A stretch of 64,000 bases of DNA. Source: Raillietiella orientalis (taxonomy: Eukaryota). The translations under genes and the position numbers were made by a program. Location: contig JAYWIR010000002.1 of assembly GCA_036172245.1 (NCBI GenBank), positions 6,138,001 to 6,202,000 on the forward strand, read 5' to 3'. This document shows, piece after piece, positions 12,031-24,285 of the stretch (within the stretch, counting starts at the first letter, position 1; each line of letters begins with the position of its first letter). The notes beneath the pieces were generated by a model that saw only the letters and a list, made by a program, of their open reading frames with translations, was not told the DNA's origin and did no database searches.

Positions 12031-13008
12031 GAAGAAGAACGTCTCATCATTCTTCCCCCACAAGGAGAATGCTCACTTCTTTCGCGGAAAGAGACATCCC
12101 GAGAGACGCCGCCGGTCTGAAGGGTGGAGAAAGCGAGGAGACGAAGGAAGGAAGGGAGGGAGGAGGAGGAGAAAATGAGAAGGAGAAGGAAGATTGGAGG
12201 AAGGGAGAAGAAAGATAAAAAAGAGTAGGAAGAAGAGGTGGAAGCGGAAATCGTCGCTCTCGTACTCGAGCTGCCGTCGCCCGCGACGGGAGCGACGATT
12301 TCCGAGAAGCGCACGCGTCTCCCAGGACTGCAACTCCACACGCTCCAAAGCCGGTCGCACGTCTTTTAGAGGCTCGTGGCGATGCCGCGCGAAAAGGGGA
12401 GAATTCGGATGGGTCTCCGCCCCCTCGCTGGATGCCCGCACGGGTGGCGCGCGCTGCCCTCGATCGCGTCTCTACGGAACCCGCCCCTTTCTTTCACTCA
12501 TTCCTTGCCTGCCGGAGTCAAGTCTGATCGAGACCCTCGTCCAAGCGCCTCCTGCAGGCGTCAGCGCCCCGGAGTGAGGGACCTCAGTCGCCAACGTCTC
12601 GAAAGAATGCAAATTGGATGTCATGGCGAGCTCGGCTTCCAGAACCCTTTCGTTGCTCAGAGACGGCCTCCAGGATGTCCATCCCTATCGCGCGTTCTCC
12701 TCGTCGCCTGGACGCCGCGAAGGTCGATCGCGTCTCTACGGGGAATGTCGAAGGGTCCACCTCCTCCTTTACCCCGATTTCCCGAAACGGCCCCTGACGG
12801 TGACTGCTGCCGGAGGACGATCCTGTTCACCAGCCAAGCCGCCATGGTTTCCTCTCCCTGCTCTTTCGCCATCGCTTGCAGATCGTATCAGTTCCCTTCT
12901 CGGGAAGGAATCTTCCTCTTCTCGGCCTAGAAATCTGGGAACTTCGCGGTCTGGCTTCTCCTCCTTCGATAGCCGGAGAAGGGAGAAATTCCCTTAAGCG
13001 ATGAGGTT

Positions 13009-13251
13009 TCACAACCTGCGTCGTGTTCCTGCCTCCTTGCCCAGGAAGAATGCATAGTCTAAGAACGAGAGGGGGGGGGGGTCAAAAACATGCCGCATTT
13101 GCCCACCGCATTTCTTTGAAGTTTTGCAACAGACCGCAGGCAGTTTCCTGATCTGCTGGTCGAAAAGCGATCCCCGCCGAAGAACCAGTCTGATATCCTG
13201 AAGGAAACTTCTTCCGATCCCCGCAACCTCCCAATCCGCACCCACCAGCAT
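13009..13251 (-). mobile_element. Decayed CR1/L2-like RT thumb fragment
   Basis: SFLQDIRLVLRRGSLFDQQI...CKTSKKCG (cf. KDLGVxxDxxLxFxxHI...K). Confidence 0.35.
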
Positions 13252-13594
13252 CGAGCTGGCTAGCTAGCCACCAGCCGGAATCCGAGGCGCACCGTTGTGG
13301 CTCTTCCCTTACCAACCATCAGGAGCGGAAATGGAGCCCCTGCTTCGTGGAACCACCCAGACGAACGACTCTTCCTGCAGCTGAGCTCTACACAGCCACC
13401 CTGGCCCGGGGGGTCGCTCCGGGGCACGCTGACTGAAAATGAGGAGCAGACGGAGAGATGAAGAATGGGAGGAGTATGCCACGTCACGAGCTGGAGTCTA
13501 CTGTCACATGACCTCCTCTCTCCCTCAGGAGGCAGCGTCTGCACCTGCGACTTCCACACCGAGACGAAAGATGAGGCTCGTTGCCTCGCTCTCT

Positions 13595-13740
13595 TCGTCA
13601 TCGTAATCAGAAGCAACAGTAGCATCTCCATCATTGTCATCATCATCATAAACAGCAGAAAAAGCATCTTCAGCAACAGAAGCAGCATCTCCATCATCGT
13701 CGTTATCATTATCAACAACAGCAGCAGCAGTACCATCACC
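13595..13740. repeat. Degenerate CAT/CAG trinucleotide tract with internal ~63-bp duplication
   Basis: Visible triplet repeats; the His/Gln frame is interrupted by TAG. Confidence 0.75.
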
Positions 13741-14349
13741 CTTCCAAGCCATCTTTCCATCTGAGAGAGTCAGAGACCTTCCTGGCCCTTAGCAGTAGGC
13801 CGTCGACCCAGTTCGGCAACAGAAGGCCCCTTCCGGGAGGAAAAATTGGCGGATGGGGCAGCGGAGAGAGGGAGAAGGAGAACGGAAGTCTGGAGATCCG
13901 CCCCTCCCGGGAACGACGGTGAGTCCGCTGCACCCGCGCGTCCATAGAAGCGCCTTTCAGAGGTCGGCGTTCGCGGGTAAGCTGGGTTTCCGCGGAAACG
14001 GGCGGAAGATCAGTCCCCTCCCCGTCCCATTCCTGCTTCCTGGGGACGGAGGAACACGAGCTTGGAGGAGGAGCGCTGGCCAGCACCTCGCTCTCTCCCC
14101 TTCCCCTCTTCTTCCTCCCCTCCGCGACATCTGTATCGCTCCTTCTGCCCTCCAGCCGTCAGGAGAGGTCACCGATACAGGGCCCCTTTCCTACGTTGAC
14201 CACTCATCCTCCTTCACCGCTGGGACCTCCGACGGGCGCCAGCAGCGGGAAGGGTTACCAAGCGACGCGCCCACTGAGGAGGAACGGTGGGGGTCCTTCC
14301 GCACGGACCCCTGGAACACACACCAGGGACCGCGGCAGGGCTAGCAGCA

Positions 14350-14850
14350 CACCACGGAGGCACTTCGGCGTGGCCCTATGGAACCTGCCCAAAGGGGTCC
14401 TCTCTTCCCCAGACTCTCCGGGAGCCATTTCGTGCCACGCGCACAGTCACGGAGGTTCTCGAGCTGGGCGAAGTGGCCGCCACTCGGGAAGCCGCCTGCG
14501 ATCGCCGCCGCCCCACATGAGACGCCCTACAACGGGATGGCCCAACCCGGGACGCAGACTTCTACCGTCCAGTCTGGCAGCACCGCTCTGGAACGCCCCC
14601 ATGTCGTCCCCGTCACGCCGCCGGAGCAGTTCCGTCCGGAAGGAGAGCCACAGCCGTGCTGTGGCGCAAGGGGCGGTTGTCGAGGCCGGCCACGGTCCGT
14701 CGTGGAGAAGGCGAGCCCTTCCGATCCACCTCCGAATGGGGGGACTTCGGGTTACACGCGCTCCGTGTGCGATGGCGGCACCTGAAGCGCGGAACACCTG
14801 GTCACCAGGAAAGGAACCGTCACCTGCACCATGCGGAGGTCAAGAGCGGA
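14350..14850 (+). mobile_element. Decayed L1/Tx1-like RT C-terminal region
   Basis: Ordered motifs across frames: RHFGVAL, SRRFSSWAKWPPLGK (cf. RLxxWxxxxLSxxGR), AVLWRKG (cf. FLW), RALPIHLRMGGL (cf. LPxxxGGLG). Confidence 0.5.
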
Positions 14851-16277
14851 GCCTCCCAAACACGCGGGTGAGGGGCTGGTATGGACCTCCTAGGGGAAGT
14901 CTAGCAGGTCCTCCTGGCCCTACAGTGCCTGCGCCTCCGCATTATCCGATCAGCAGCTGCCGACCAGTCCTGCTGCCCGCCCGCCGAGGAACCCGGTGAC
15001 ACCAAGGGGATTCCGGTTAGCCGCCTACGCCCGCTCCCACTCCGAGTTGCCACCGCGGAGGCGCGGAGGAACCCACCTGGAGTGACCTTCGCAACTTGCA
15101 CCTCTTCACGACGCCTCTCTCCCTCCCTCTTTCTCTCTCTGTCGCAGAGCGCATCTTCTTCCTCTCTTCCTCTTCTTCTTCCCTCCCCCCCCCCGTCTCT
15201 TTCCTCCTTTCTCCCTCTCCTTCTGCGCCCACCTCAGATCGCGTGATCCCTTGCCCTCGGGTGATGAAGCGCAGCACGTAGAGACAAGGTCCGCGAACGA
15301 CGGCGGAAACGGCGAGGGCACGCATGTGCAGCAGCGGCGGCGCGCAGGGGATCGACGGGGGCTGCCGTTTGCGCCCCGCGGCGGGGAACCCTGCGAGCAC
15401 GACGAGATGCCTTCACCTCCTCCTCCCCTTCTCCTCCTTCCCCTGTCCTCCCCTCCGCTCCCTGCAGGTCCCTCCGTCCTTCCGAATCGCCGAGCTGCTC
15501 CTGCCGGATCGATTCGCGGGCGAGCAGGGAGCCCTCGCGAGGGACTCGCCTTCCGCGTGCATGGCAACCGAACGGGGGATCGCGTGCCATCCTGAGCGGG
15601 TCCAATCAGGGCAGGCAGACGCGAGTGCGGGACGAACCGAAGGCGACGAGCCTCCTCCCACGCCTTCCGGGCATCCCGAGGCCTGACGAAGGTCAGGGAA
15701 GACAAAATTTCGCCCCGAGGGCTTCCGGCCACTGCGGAAGAGGGGCATCGCCGCCACCCCCCTGGCGCGCGCGTCCGGAGAAGTGGCGGTGCGGCGTCAA
15801 ATCCGGCCGCCTCAGAGGCGTCCCCGCTGGCGCAGAGCAGCGAAGGCTCCAGTCGCCGGGAGTGGACCCGCCCCCGCAGCTGCGATCTTCCTCCTCCTCG
15901 CCTTCCCGGCAGCTCCGGGAGACGGTGAGCCGCGTCACTCAGGTGACCAAACCCAGGAGTCCTTCCCCGGCCTTCGGGGGAGGAGAGGCGGAGGAGCAGC
16001 AGCACCTGCATGTCCACGGGTATTCTGCTCAGAGAGGCGAGCAGCCCCTGGCGTGTGGGGCGGGGAGGCCGCGCCGACTGCCTCGCAGAGAAGGAGGCGG
16101 GAGATCACGCGCCTGGGTCGTCTGGCAGGGGCGTGTCGGGCCCTCCTTCCTTTGCGTTCTTCCCTCCACCTCTCTTCTCCTCCCTGTCGCGTACCCAATC
16201 CAAGCAGCAGAAGCGCGCTGGCTGGCGGGCTGCGTCGTTCCCGTCGCCATGGCCACCCCACTCCCCCTCGAGTCGCC

Positions 16278-16536
16278 GCCGTCATCGTCGTCATCATCAT
16301 CAGCTGCAGCAATGGTCCTGACGCGATCGTCATCGTCTTTAGCACCAGAAACAGCACCAGAACGGCAATGAGGATGGCAAAACGGTCATCATCTTCTTCA
16401 TTGTCATCGTCATTGTTGCCATCGTCGTCATCTTCGTTATTGCCATCGTCATCTCCATCGTCGGCTCCGTCACTGTCGTCATCGTCATCTGCGTCATCAT
16501 GGACGTTTTCGTCATTGACATTGTTGTCGTCGTCGT
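16278..16536. repeat. Degenerate (TCA/TCG)n trinucleotide tract
   Basis: Visible triplet repeats producing spurious Ser-rich and Asp-rich ORFs. Confidence 0.85.
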
Positions 16537-18489
16537 GACCACCAGCTGCTCCTCTTCTCTCGGGTCCACTCGGCCACCCACAGGATTGTGGGGGCGCTCT
16601 CTCGCCGGTCATGCGTCTGACCTCGGAAATTCCTTCCCCCCCCCTTCACCCCCATGGATGATCCTGCGCGCGCCCCGTGCCCAGACGGCTCGCTGGTGCT
16701 CGGGACCGAGCTTTTTGTGCAGCGGGGCCCGCAGAGAACGGCGCCCGTCGGCCATGGGATCTCCGTTCGACGGGACGCCCGCCGGAGGGCACGGAGGCGG
16801 GCAGCAGCTCCGTTCCCCCTTCCTCCCAGTGGCAGGTGAGCAAGGACAAGCCGGGACCATCCTCGGGAGGCGGTCCCGACCTCCTGCGAGCGTCTCCCGG
16901 AGGAGAGACGGGGGGGAAGAGAGGAAACTACTCCCCCTCCACGCTGGAGAAGTAAGGCGCCACCAGACCCCGCCCCCTCGGTCTGCTCGCCCAGAGCTCT
17001 CATTCCACCGCCGGAAACACAGGGGTTCGGCGCGTAGCCGCGCACCAGCTCTGCGCGACCACGGGGCGCCCGGGGAGACGGGAGGTCTTCCTCCGCTCAT
17101 CCTTTCACGGTCCTAAGGGGATTGGTCCTCCCTGGATCGCGTCCGGGAGGAGGAGGAGCGTCCGGGCGGGAAGTCCTCGCCGGGATCTCTCCCGGAAGCG
17201 CAGCTCCTCGCACCTACTGCCTGCAAGGACCATCCGCAGCCGGGCAAAAACTGACGGAGGCGCGGCCCCCGGGTCTCTCTCAAAGCACGCGGGCGCTCCT
17301 CCGAAATGGCTATGCGTCCAGGAAGAGGGAGGGAGGGAGGTCAGCGCAAGTGGGCCAAGTGGCGCAGCTCCCGCCCGCCCACGCCTGCTGGAAGCGTGCC
17401 CCTGGGGCCGCCGCTGCCGCTTCTCCCAGGGGGCTTCGAGAGGCGGCGACGAGCCTGTGGCCGCCATCCTTGGTTGCGGAGCGCAGTATGTGGCTGCTCC
17501 TGACGGTGGCACCGCGCACCCTCCTCGCACTCCGCTAGAAGAGTCCAAACGCCCCGCCGCGAGTCTGTCCGCCCTGACCAGCGGGGCTCGATCGAGGCGG
17601 CATGCCCTCCTCGCACAGGGAGACAGGTGACCTTCAGCCCCGACCTCGCTGGAGATAATTCCTTGGGGTCGCCCTCCCCTGGGCTTGACGTCGCCGACCG
17701 GCGCGGACGGCAAGGAGCGGGTCGCCATGCTCCGCCAGTCGTTGGCTCCGGGAGCCGGGCGAGGGAGAGAGCGGCGATCGCCCGCTGACATTGGGGTCTG
17801 GAGCAGCTGTCGCAGCTTTCGGGTCCACCCGCTCGCGGCGCGCAGATCGGCTTCCGAGTTACCCTGGTAGTTGGAATCGACCTGATCGCAGGGGGGAGGG
17901 GAGGGGGCGATCGACTCGGCTGGCGCGGGAGGCGAACTCCCTTCGTCCGCACACGCATGGCACATGCACTCTGCGTGCGGAGCAGGGAGACGCCCAGCTC
18001 GCGCGCACGTGAGACGACGCGCAACACATCGAACTTCCTCCTCTCCCCGGTGGATCGCCAGGGCCGCGAGGCGTCACTGCAGGCAGGCGGTTGCGCCGCT
18101 AGCGAGAGAGCGGGGGTAGCAGTCCGGGAGAGCGAAGGAAAGGGAGGCTTCCCTCCCTCAGCAACCCATCCGTGGCGCCTAGCTGGTGGGATGAGCGCCA
18201 CTCCCTCTCCTTCCCCCCCTCCTCCCTTCCCTAGGAAGTTTCCGCGCGGAGACGACCCAGAGCTCCCAGCCATTGCTCGCTAAGTATCTCAAGAGCCGGT
18301 CACATGCCTCGCGGCGCGCACTTGGCTCTTTAACACCACACCACCCGCGGAGGGTGCGTGTAATTGTTCAAGATAGCTGGCACCCCGGGGGGTCCGCCCT
18401 ATGGATCCAGGAAGGGCTTGGAGTCCATTCCTCTCTCGCTTGGGGAGGATCCCCCCGGATAGGGCAGATCTCACCTCCCACCCTGGTTG

Positions 18490-18690
18490 TCTCCGAAGGG
18501 AACCCAGAAGGGAATCCCCGTTCCTCATTCTCTCTGGAGGGACTCCCCGGAAGAAGGGTAGTCCTCTCCATTTCATCTTCTCCAAAGGGAACCCGGAAAG
18601 GATCCGCTAGTAGGAATTTCTTCTCCGGAGGGAACCCACAAGGGAACTGCTCCTGTTCGCTCCTCTGAGGAGAACCCGAAGGGACGCTTC
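18490..18690. repeat. Diverged ~42-bp minisatellite, about 5 units
   Basis: Recurrent CTCYGRAGGGAACCC..AAGGGA core at about 40-48-nt spacing. Confidence 0.7.
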
Positions 18691-19059
18691 CGAAATTCAG
18701 AAGGGGCGCTGCAGCTTCCCGCAGGGGGATTCCTTGCATTCTTCTGTAGAAGTGGCGACTCGGAGGGTCTCCCCCGCAACAGAGGAGGTCCGCTCCTTTA
18801 AACAACTGGAGAGGTGCCTATGAAGGCTCCTGCTCCATCTTGAAACCGGAGGGGTTCCGCCGGTGGGGAAGGTCCGCTCTCCGTTGTACGACCGGAGGGG
18901 GAACTCCCCACTCCTTGATTCCTGGAAGGACCCGAAGGTAGACTCCCATTGTTCCGGTCTTCATCGGGGCCTCCGGGCGGTGCCACGCTTGAATGTTTCG
19001 GCCAGCCAGCGCCATTGCAGGAGAAACTCGAAACCCAACGGCGCAATGGCATCAGTTTC

Positions 19060-19126
19060 TGTCGGAGTATTCGAACCCGTGACGCATGGTACCACACGTG
19101 GAAGCCTTAACCACTAAGCCTCCGAC
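19060..19126 (-). pseudogene. tRNA-derived sequence (pseudo-tRNA or SINE head)
   Basis: Minus strand GTCGGAGGCTTAGTGGTTAAGGC...GGGTTCGAATACTCCGAC: A-box-like and B-box-like motifs and complementary ends GTCGGAG/CTCCGAC; anticodon and T arms are degenerate. Confidence 0.6.
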
Positions 19127-20089
19127 GCGGTCCGGGTGGTAACCAGCCATCGCTCGCAGGTCTCATCCAGGAACGAGGCAGCGGCCGGATTCCCGCGGCC
19201 CTCTGGGAAGGGGTCGGCGGGAAGGAATGCCCAGTCCCAGCACGGCAGCGCTTCTCTCCTTTCTCTCCAAGGACGGTCAAGGAAGTGGAAAAGACGGACG
19301 TAAGCGACGGGAACTTAAATGAGGGGGGGACTCTTTTTCCCCTGTTTCGCTCTGCCTCGGGATCGGGGGGGAGGGGGGGAAGGGAACCTCTGGAGAGAGC
19401 GAGACCAAATCGTTTATGCCCCCGGACACAAAGAACTAACACGCAGACACTCAACGGCCCCGTTCGCGCGCTGCCACACACTCATGAGAACTGGAAGCCC
19501 GCGCTTCCGGGAGATGGGAGGGAGGAAGAGGAGCCGGCCACCCGGCGGTTCAAGACGCTGAGTCGCTCCTCGGAGGGCTGCTGCGCCTTGGGGGGGAAGG
19601 AGCGGAACCCTCAGCTTCCTCCGGAGGACGCTCGGGAGGGACATCCAGGATCCACCCGGGCGCCGAAACGCCTGGTGGAGCTCAGGGGAACTCGCGAATG
19701 GGGAGGAGCGGACGCGCGCGGCTCGCAGGAGGTCACTTGCCTTTGATTTGCTGATCAGTCGATCTTTTAGACAGGTGGCCTCCTCTTCCTCCTCAGAAGC
19801 GAGCAACCTCGAACGCCAGAGCGGAGGAAACGACCGAAGACCTCCGAAGATGACCCGCGATGGTGGGGAATCGCCACTGGCCATCCGTGCTAACCTGAAG
19901 GGGTGGCGGCTGCATGCCCATGAGACGACTGACCACTTCCGCTTTTCAGGGCTGAGACATGGGGTAGATGAAAAGGACGAGTGGGGGACGCCCCCACAAA
20001 GCGTGCCTTCTCTTTCTAGTTCTCCTCCCCTTCTCCTCCCCTTCTCCTCCTCCTCCTCTTCCTCTTCCTCCGACTCTTTCTTCTCTTTC

Positions 20090-20330
20090 ATGGATACCTG
20101 GTTCGACTGTGCATCCACGAATATGCACCTGGGGCGCTGCGTGGGTGACGTGAAGTCACAAGAGCGGACGAGCTCCTTCCCACACCGCTGTGGTGCGGAC
20201 TCTCCAGCTGCTTCCCTGCAGAGGCGGTATGCGGCGCTTCTGTCGCCGAAGATGGCTCACCGGCTGCGACTGCTGTTGGTCCAGGATGGCTCTCCAGGGA
20301 TTCTTCCCTTCCCATTCCTCCCTCAGCCTC
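20090..20330 (-). mobile_element. Possible decayed R4/RLE-type non-LTR element C-terminal region
   Basis: REEWEGK, YRLCREA, ESPHH, RCGKEL and TSRH in order (cf. CRLC..ET..H....C..L.....RH). Confidence 0.3.
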
Positions 20331-22169
20331 TGCGGTGGCTGCAGAGGCGAAGGTTGCGCATGCGCCATGTCTGCAGGCTCATCCCACCTGGGTCGCACGT
20401 CGCACCCGGGTCATCACCCCGTGGGGAGCCTTGGCAGGCACTACTCCGCCTTCCATCCAGGTAGTAAGCGCCCCCTCCTCCTTCTGCTCCTCGTTGCCAT
20501 TGATACGTGGCCGTTTGGTGTCCTCGGCTCACGAAGGTGAGTGAGTGCCGTGCTACTACGCTGCCGCCGTCGAGAGGCAGGGAGAAGGTGGAAAGGTTAG
20601 TGGAGGGGGAGACCTGGAAATTTCCCATTGAAAGGTCCCCCGCTCCTTCCCGCGCGTGTTCAATCCTTTCCGGGAGCGCGCGGCGGCGGCTGTTCCAGGA
20701 CCCTCAGATTCGAAGATCTCTCCGTGGAGGAGGCGGGGAGGAAGTGGAGCGGAGGATAATCGTTTCGGGGAAGGAAGGGACCTGAAAGGCATGCCGGGAC
20801 GTCTCCGGGAGGAAGGAAGAGGAGGGGGAGAGCGCTTTCCGACGTCCCTCACGGCCCCTTCCCCCGAGGTCTCTCCAGGTAGCAGCCGCCCTCCCCCTCT
20901 GCCCAAGGGACTCCCGGAGGAACGGCGGTCGCGCGCGCTTCCCGGAGTCGTTTGATCGATACCGCCGTGCGAGCGCAGCCTCTCAGGACTCGCGAGGTTC
21001 GTGTCGGGTCCGAGGGAGAAGTGACCCCTTTCCGCAGCCGGGGGTGAGGATAGAGGCGCCTTCAGCTTCAGCGCGCGCGCGATAGGAAAGCCGATGCCAC
21101 TCCGGGTCGCTGCGGAGGTCGCTGTCGCTCCGCTCGGCAAGGGAAGCGCACGCGAAAATCTCTCTTCCTTCCCGCCGGACGCTGGGGCCTGAGAGTCGCG
21201 ACACGGGCCACGGCAAACGTGAGCCTCTTGGCAGGGGGAAGAGTCCCCAGTGGAAGGCAAGGAAGGACGACAACACCTTCCCCACGATCATAGCACGGCA
21301 GTCTTCGCGGAAAGTCGCGCCACCGGTGGGTGGCCGTAAGGACGAGCGACCTTGGTGCGCTCAGCGCTCAGACGGCGAGAATCCGCTGCGCGTCGCTAGG
21401 GATCCCCACCTTCCCCAGAAGAAAAAAGAATTCCTTCATCGGGCTCTGCGATCACTCTCGGGTTTCGCGCTGGCAGCCGCCAGGGGAAGCAGCCGAGCTG
21501 TAAGAGTCGTCAAAGATACCTGAGCTTGAAGTCCCTCAAGCAGTCCCCTGCCTGACCCTTGACCTCGGAACCCGCCAGTGACGATTTCGCTTCAATCTCT
21601 TTCGGCACCTGCAGCACTCCTCTCAAAGGAGCATCATCATTTATACATGCGTACGGATGCGGATTTAGAAGGATGGACGGAGATTTGCAGACACGTGGAG
21701 CGCACAGGCTCAGGTCCATAGGCACACGTGGACGCAGGCTGGTGCGAGCGCAGAACGACGGACGAGTGGACGCAGGCGGGTGCCGGGAAGGCACAGGTTC
21801 GTGGACATACGTAGATGCAGATGTACACTTGCTGATAAAGGCGTGTAGATGTACAGAAGCATAGGTATGGACTGATAAGCTTGATAAGCTTGATAAGTGC
21901 AGTTGCAGTGATGCTTAGTCACGGATACAGAGACATTGGACGCAAATAGCTGTATAGCTGTATAGGCAGAAGTGGCAGAATTCCTATAGATGGACGGTTA
22001 AATAATGGAACCCCACAATATTCCTGGAATTTGGGGTGTTCAAAGGAGACAGAGACCGTAGAGCCCGTACGGACGATGGGTGGTCATTCCAAGCAAAGAT
22101 GGCGGACGAAGCAGCTTCGTCGTCGTCCTCCTCCTCCTCCCTTGCTCATCCCTGCCGTTTCGCGCTCTG

Positions 22170-22450
22170 GCATCCGGACGACGTGACTGCAGAGATCGCC
22201 CGCTACGAGATTTCGATGAGGTCGCAGAGAGATAAATCATCTGGAGAGGTGCTTCAGTGATGGAAAGCATCTCCGATTCCGCGGTACGAGTCGCACCTTT
22301 TCCTTGCCCAGCGTTCAGAGGCCTCTCGCCGATTCATCCGGGCGGTCTCGAAACGGACAGCTTGCCGCAGGGACGCAACCGGCTGCAGGCGTCGCTCGCA
22401 CCGTCCGCAGCATTACAAGATGTGAAAGAACACAGCTATAAGTTGAGCTT
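22170..22450 (+). mobile_element. Possible decayed hAT dimerisation-domain fragment
   Basis: EIARYE...VLQ*WK (cf. LxWWK), then RNRL...VK. Confidence 0.3.
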
Positions 22451-22634
22451 GGACTTCACGAGATCATCAGGCAAGATGAAGCAGCAGCCATCTCCGGGAG
22501 CTTTTTTCCCTGCGCGCTTCCTGCGAGCCAAGCCCGGAGGCTCGGGCGAAGGCGCACGCAAAAAATCGGGATGGCAGGATTCCTTCAAGGCTGGCAGATG
22601 CCACTCGAAGAGGAAGTGGATGTCCAAGTAGCGC

Positions 22635-23065
22635 GAGGCTACCCGGCTGGAGCCACTCCTCCTGCATACGCGCATACGCGGAATCGTGGCGGCATGGAAT
22701 GTGTCTAGAAGATGCAGGAATGGCAGGGATGCCACCCACTGGACTCGAATATTCGCACGAAAGCTCTCCAGGTGGCCCCACCTGGGCGTGAACGGGACTC
22801 AGCTCGCTAGGATCCTAAACAGGATCTAGAGGACCGATCCACGCCCAGTGTGATCCCATCCCCGACCCCCCCTCCCCACTCCCAGAACTTGGTGCCCTCC
22901 CCACATTTCACCTTTTGTTTGTTTTTTTGTTTTTTATTCCTACCCCCTCGCGTTGGATGGACCTCGCCGGTTTTTGCACCGGCAGCTAGCTTGCTGTTGT
23001 GGGGTGGATGTGCCCTTGGGTTCACCACAAGAAAGGGGAATATGTTTTTATTTGTTTCAAATCAA
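22635..23065 (+). mobile_element. 5'-truncated 3' end of the same L1/Tx1-like family as 150-720
   Basis: 22674-22817 aligns without gaps to 471-614 (19/48 aa identical by hand count); stop at 22827-22829, then T-rich 3' UTR. Confidence 0.65.
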
Positions 23066-23079
23066 TGCCCCGGCACATC

Positions 23080-23240
23080 CGGGTGACAAACTCCTCCGGT
23101 CAGATGGTACACGGAGTTGCTGCGCGCGACAGGTGGACCCGTCGGGGGCCAAATGGCCGGGGTCCGTCCAGACACAAGCACCGGAGCTGACCTCGCGCGT
23201 AGGCGACCTGCTCCCCTCCCGCCCAGGCACCCCGAATCTG
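23080..23240 (+). repeat. Short dispersed repeat; second, internally deleted copy at about 24102-24190
   Basis: Shared blocks GGGT.AC..ACTCC..CGGT.AG, GAGT.GCTGCGCG.AC and CGTAG.CGACCTGCTCCC in the same order. Confidence 0.55.
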
Positions 23241-24275
23241 CTGGTTTCTGTAGCCCTTTCTAAGCGCGCCCCTTTCTCCACCTCTTTTGGCCCCTCCTTC
23301 CTTCCTCCTCTTCCTCTTTTCCTCCTCCTCCTCTCTCACTCTTTCCTCCTCTCTTCCTCCCTTACTCCTCTTCCCCCTCCTTTATTGCTCTTCTTCCCCC
23401 TCTCCTTGCTCCATCCTTCCATCCTCCCATCGCTCTCCTGCTCTGCGAGGGCTTTGCCAGGACGCGTCCCCTGGCGCCCGGACTCATGGGGTGCGGCGGG
23501 AGGACCGGGAGAGGTCGCATGCTGTCCGCTGCGGGGCGCCGGCAGAAGGACTGGCGCGGCCTCACGGTGGCGGGAGAGCGCTCGAGGAAGAGAACCCAGC
23601 CTCTTGCTGAACCGAGACTCTCACGGAAGGTGAGTTCCGGAGCTTCTGCAAGAGCACGCCGCAGGAACTTCGCCCCAAGGTCCGGACTTTTGGGGGTCGG
23701 GAACTCCTGATCCACCTTTGGCGCGCCGTAATCACCTCCCTCCCGCTCGCCTTCCCATCACTCATGGCGGATGGCGGCGCCCGGAAGCGCCAACCGAGCC
23801 TCCGCTGCCGCGTACTCTTCGGTCGTTCGCCCCGTCCCCTCCCCTTCGTTCGTAGCAACCCCGACCGCGCCAGGGAGTCTTGGAGATCGGGGAGGGTTCA
23901 GGCAGTGGCCGCTGGAGGATGTCCCTGCATTCCCGGTAGTCCCCTGCCTTCCGCGGGTCGCCCGTGCCCCCAATGGTGCCCCGGAAAGTGGGCTCTGGAA
24001 AGCGCCGTCGGCGGGAATCCGCCCCTCTCTCTTTTCGAACCTTTTCTGCCTTTGAGAACGGAAGGGGGGGGGGGCCTCCGCTTTCCGCTGGTCCTCTTGG
24101 GCGGGTCACCGACTCCCGGTAAGGCCCGAGTGCTGCGCGACCCCTGCGTATCTCCGTAGCCGACCTGCTCCCTCCCCCTCCCTCCGAATGCTTCTCACCG
24201 CGCTTCCTCCCTGCCGTATGGACGTTCCGTATCCGCCCGTCAGTCCTTTCACGGGAGGACCCTCGAAGTGGAAAA

Positions 24276-24285
24276 CTATTTTTAG
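24276..24285. promoter_or_regulatory. MEF2 consensus site CTATTTTTAG
   Basis: Exact CTA(A/T)4TAG match. Confidence 0.4.

Noticed and set aside
15935..16612. Asp-rich and Ser-rich ORFs
   Set aside because: Produced by a trinucleotide repeat; no splice or domain support.
21520..21608. Possible minus-strand exon VPKEIEAKSSLAGSEVKGQAGDCLRDFKL
   Set aside because: AG/GT bounded, but no partner exons or homology recognised.
21872..21897. Three tandem TGATAAG (GATA) sites
   Set aside because: A 9-bp slippage repeat within a low-complexity patch; no independent regulatory support.
24138..24170. HDV-like ribozyme resembling RTE 5' ends (CCCCTGCGT...CGAC)
   Set aside because: The nested double pseudoknot could not be built.
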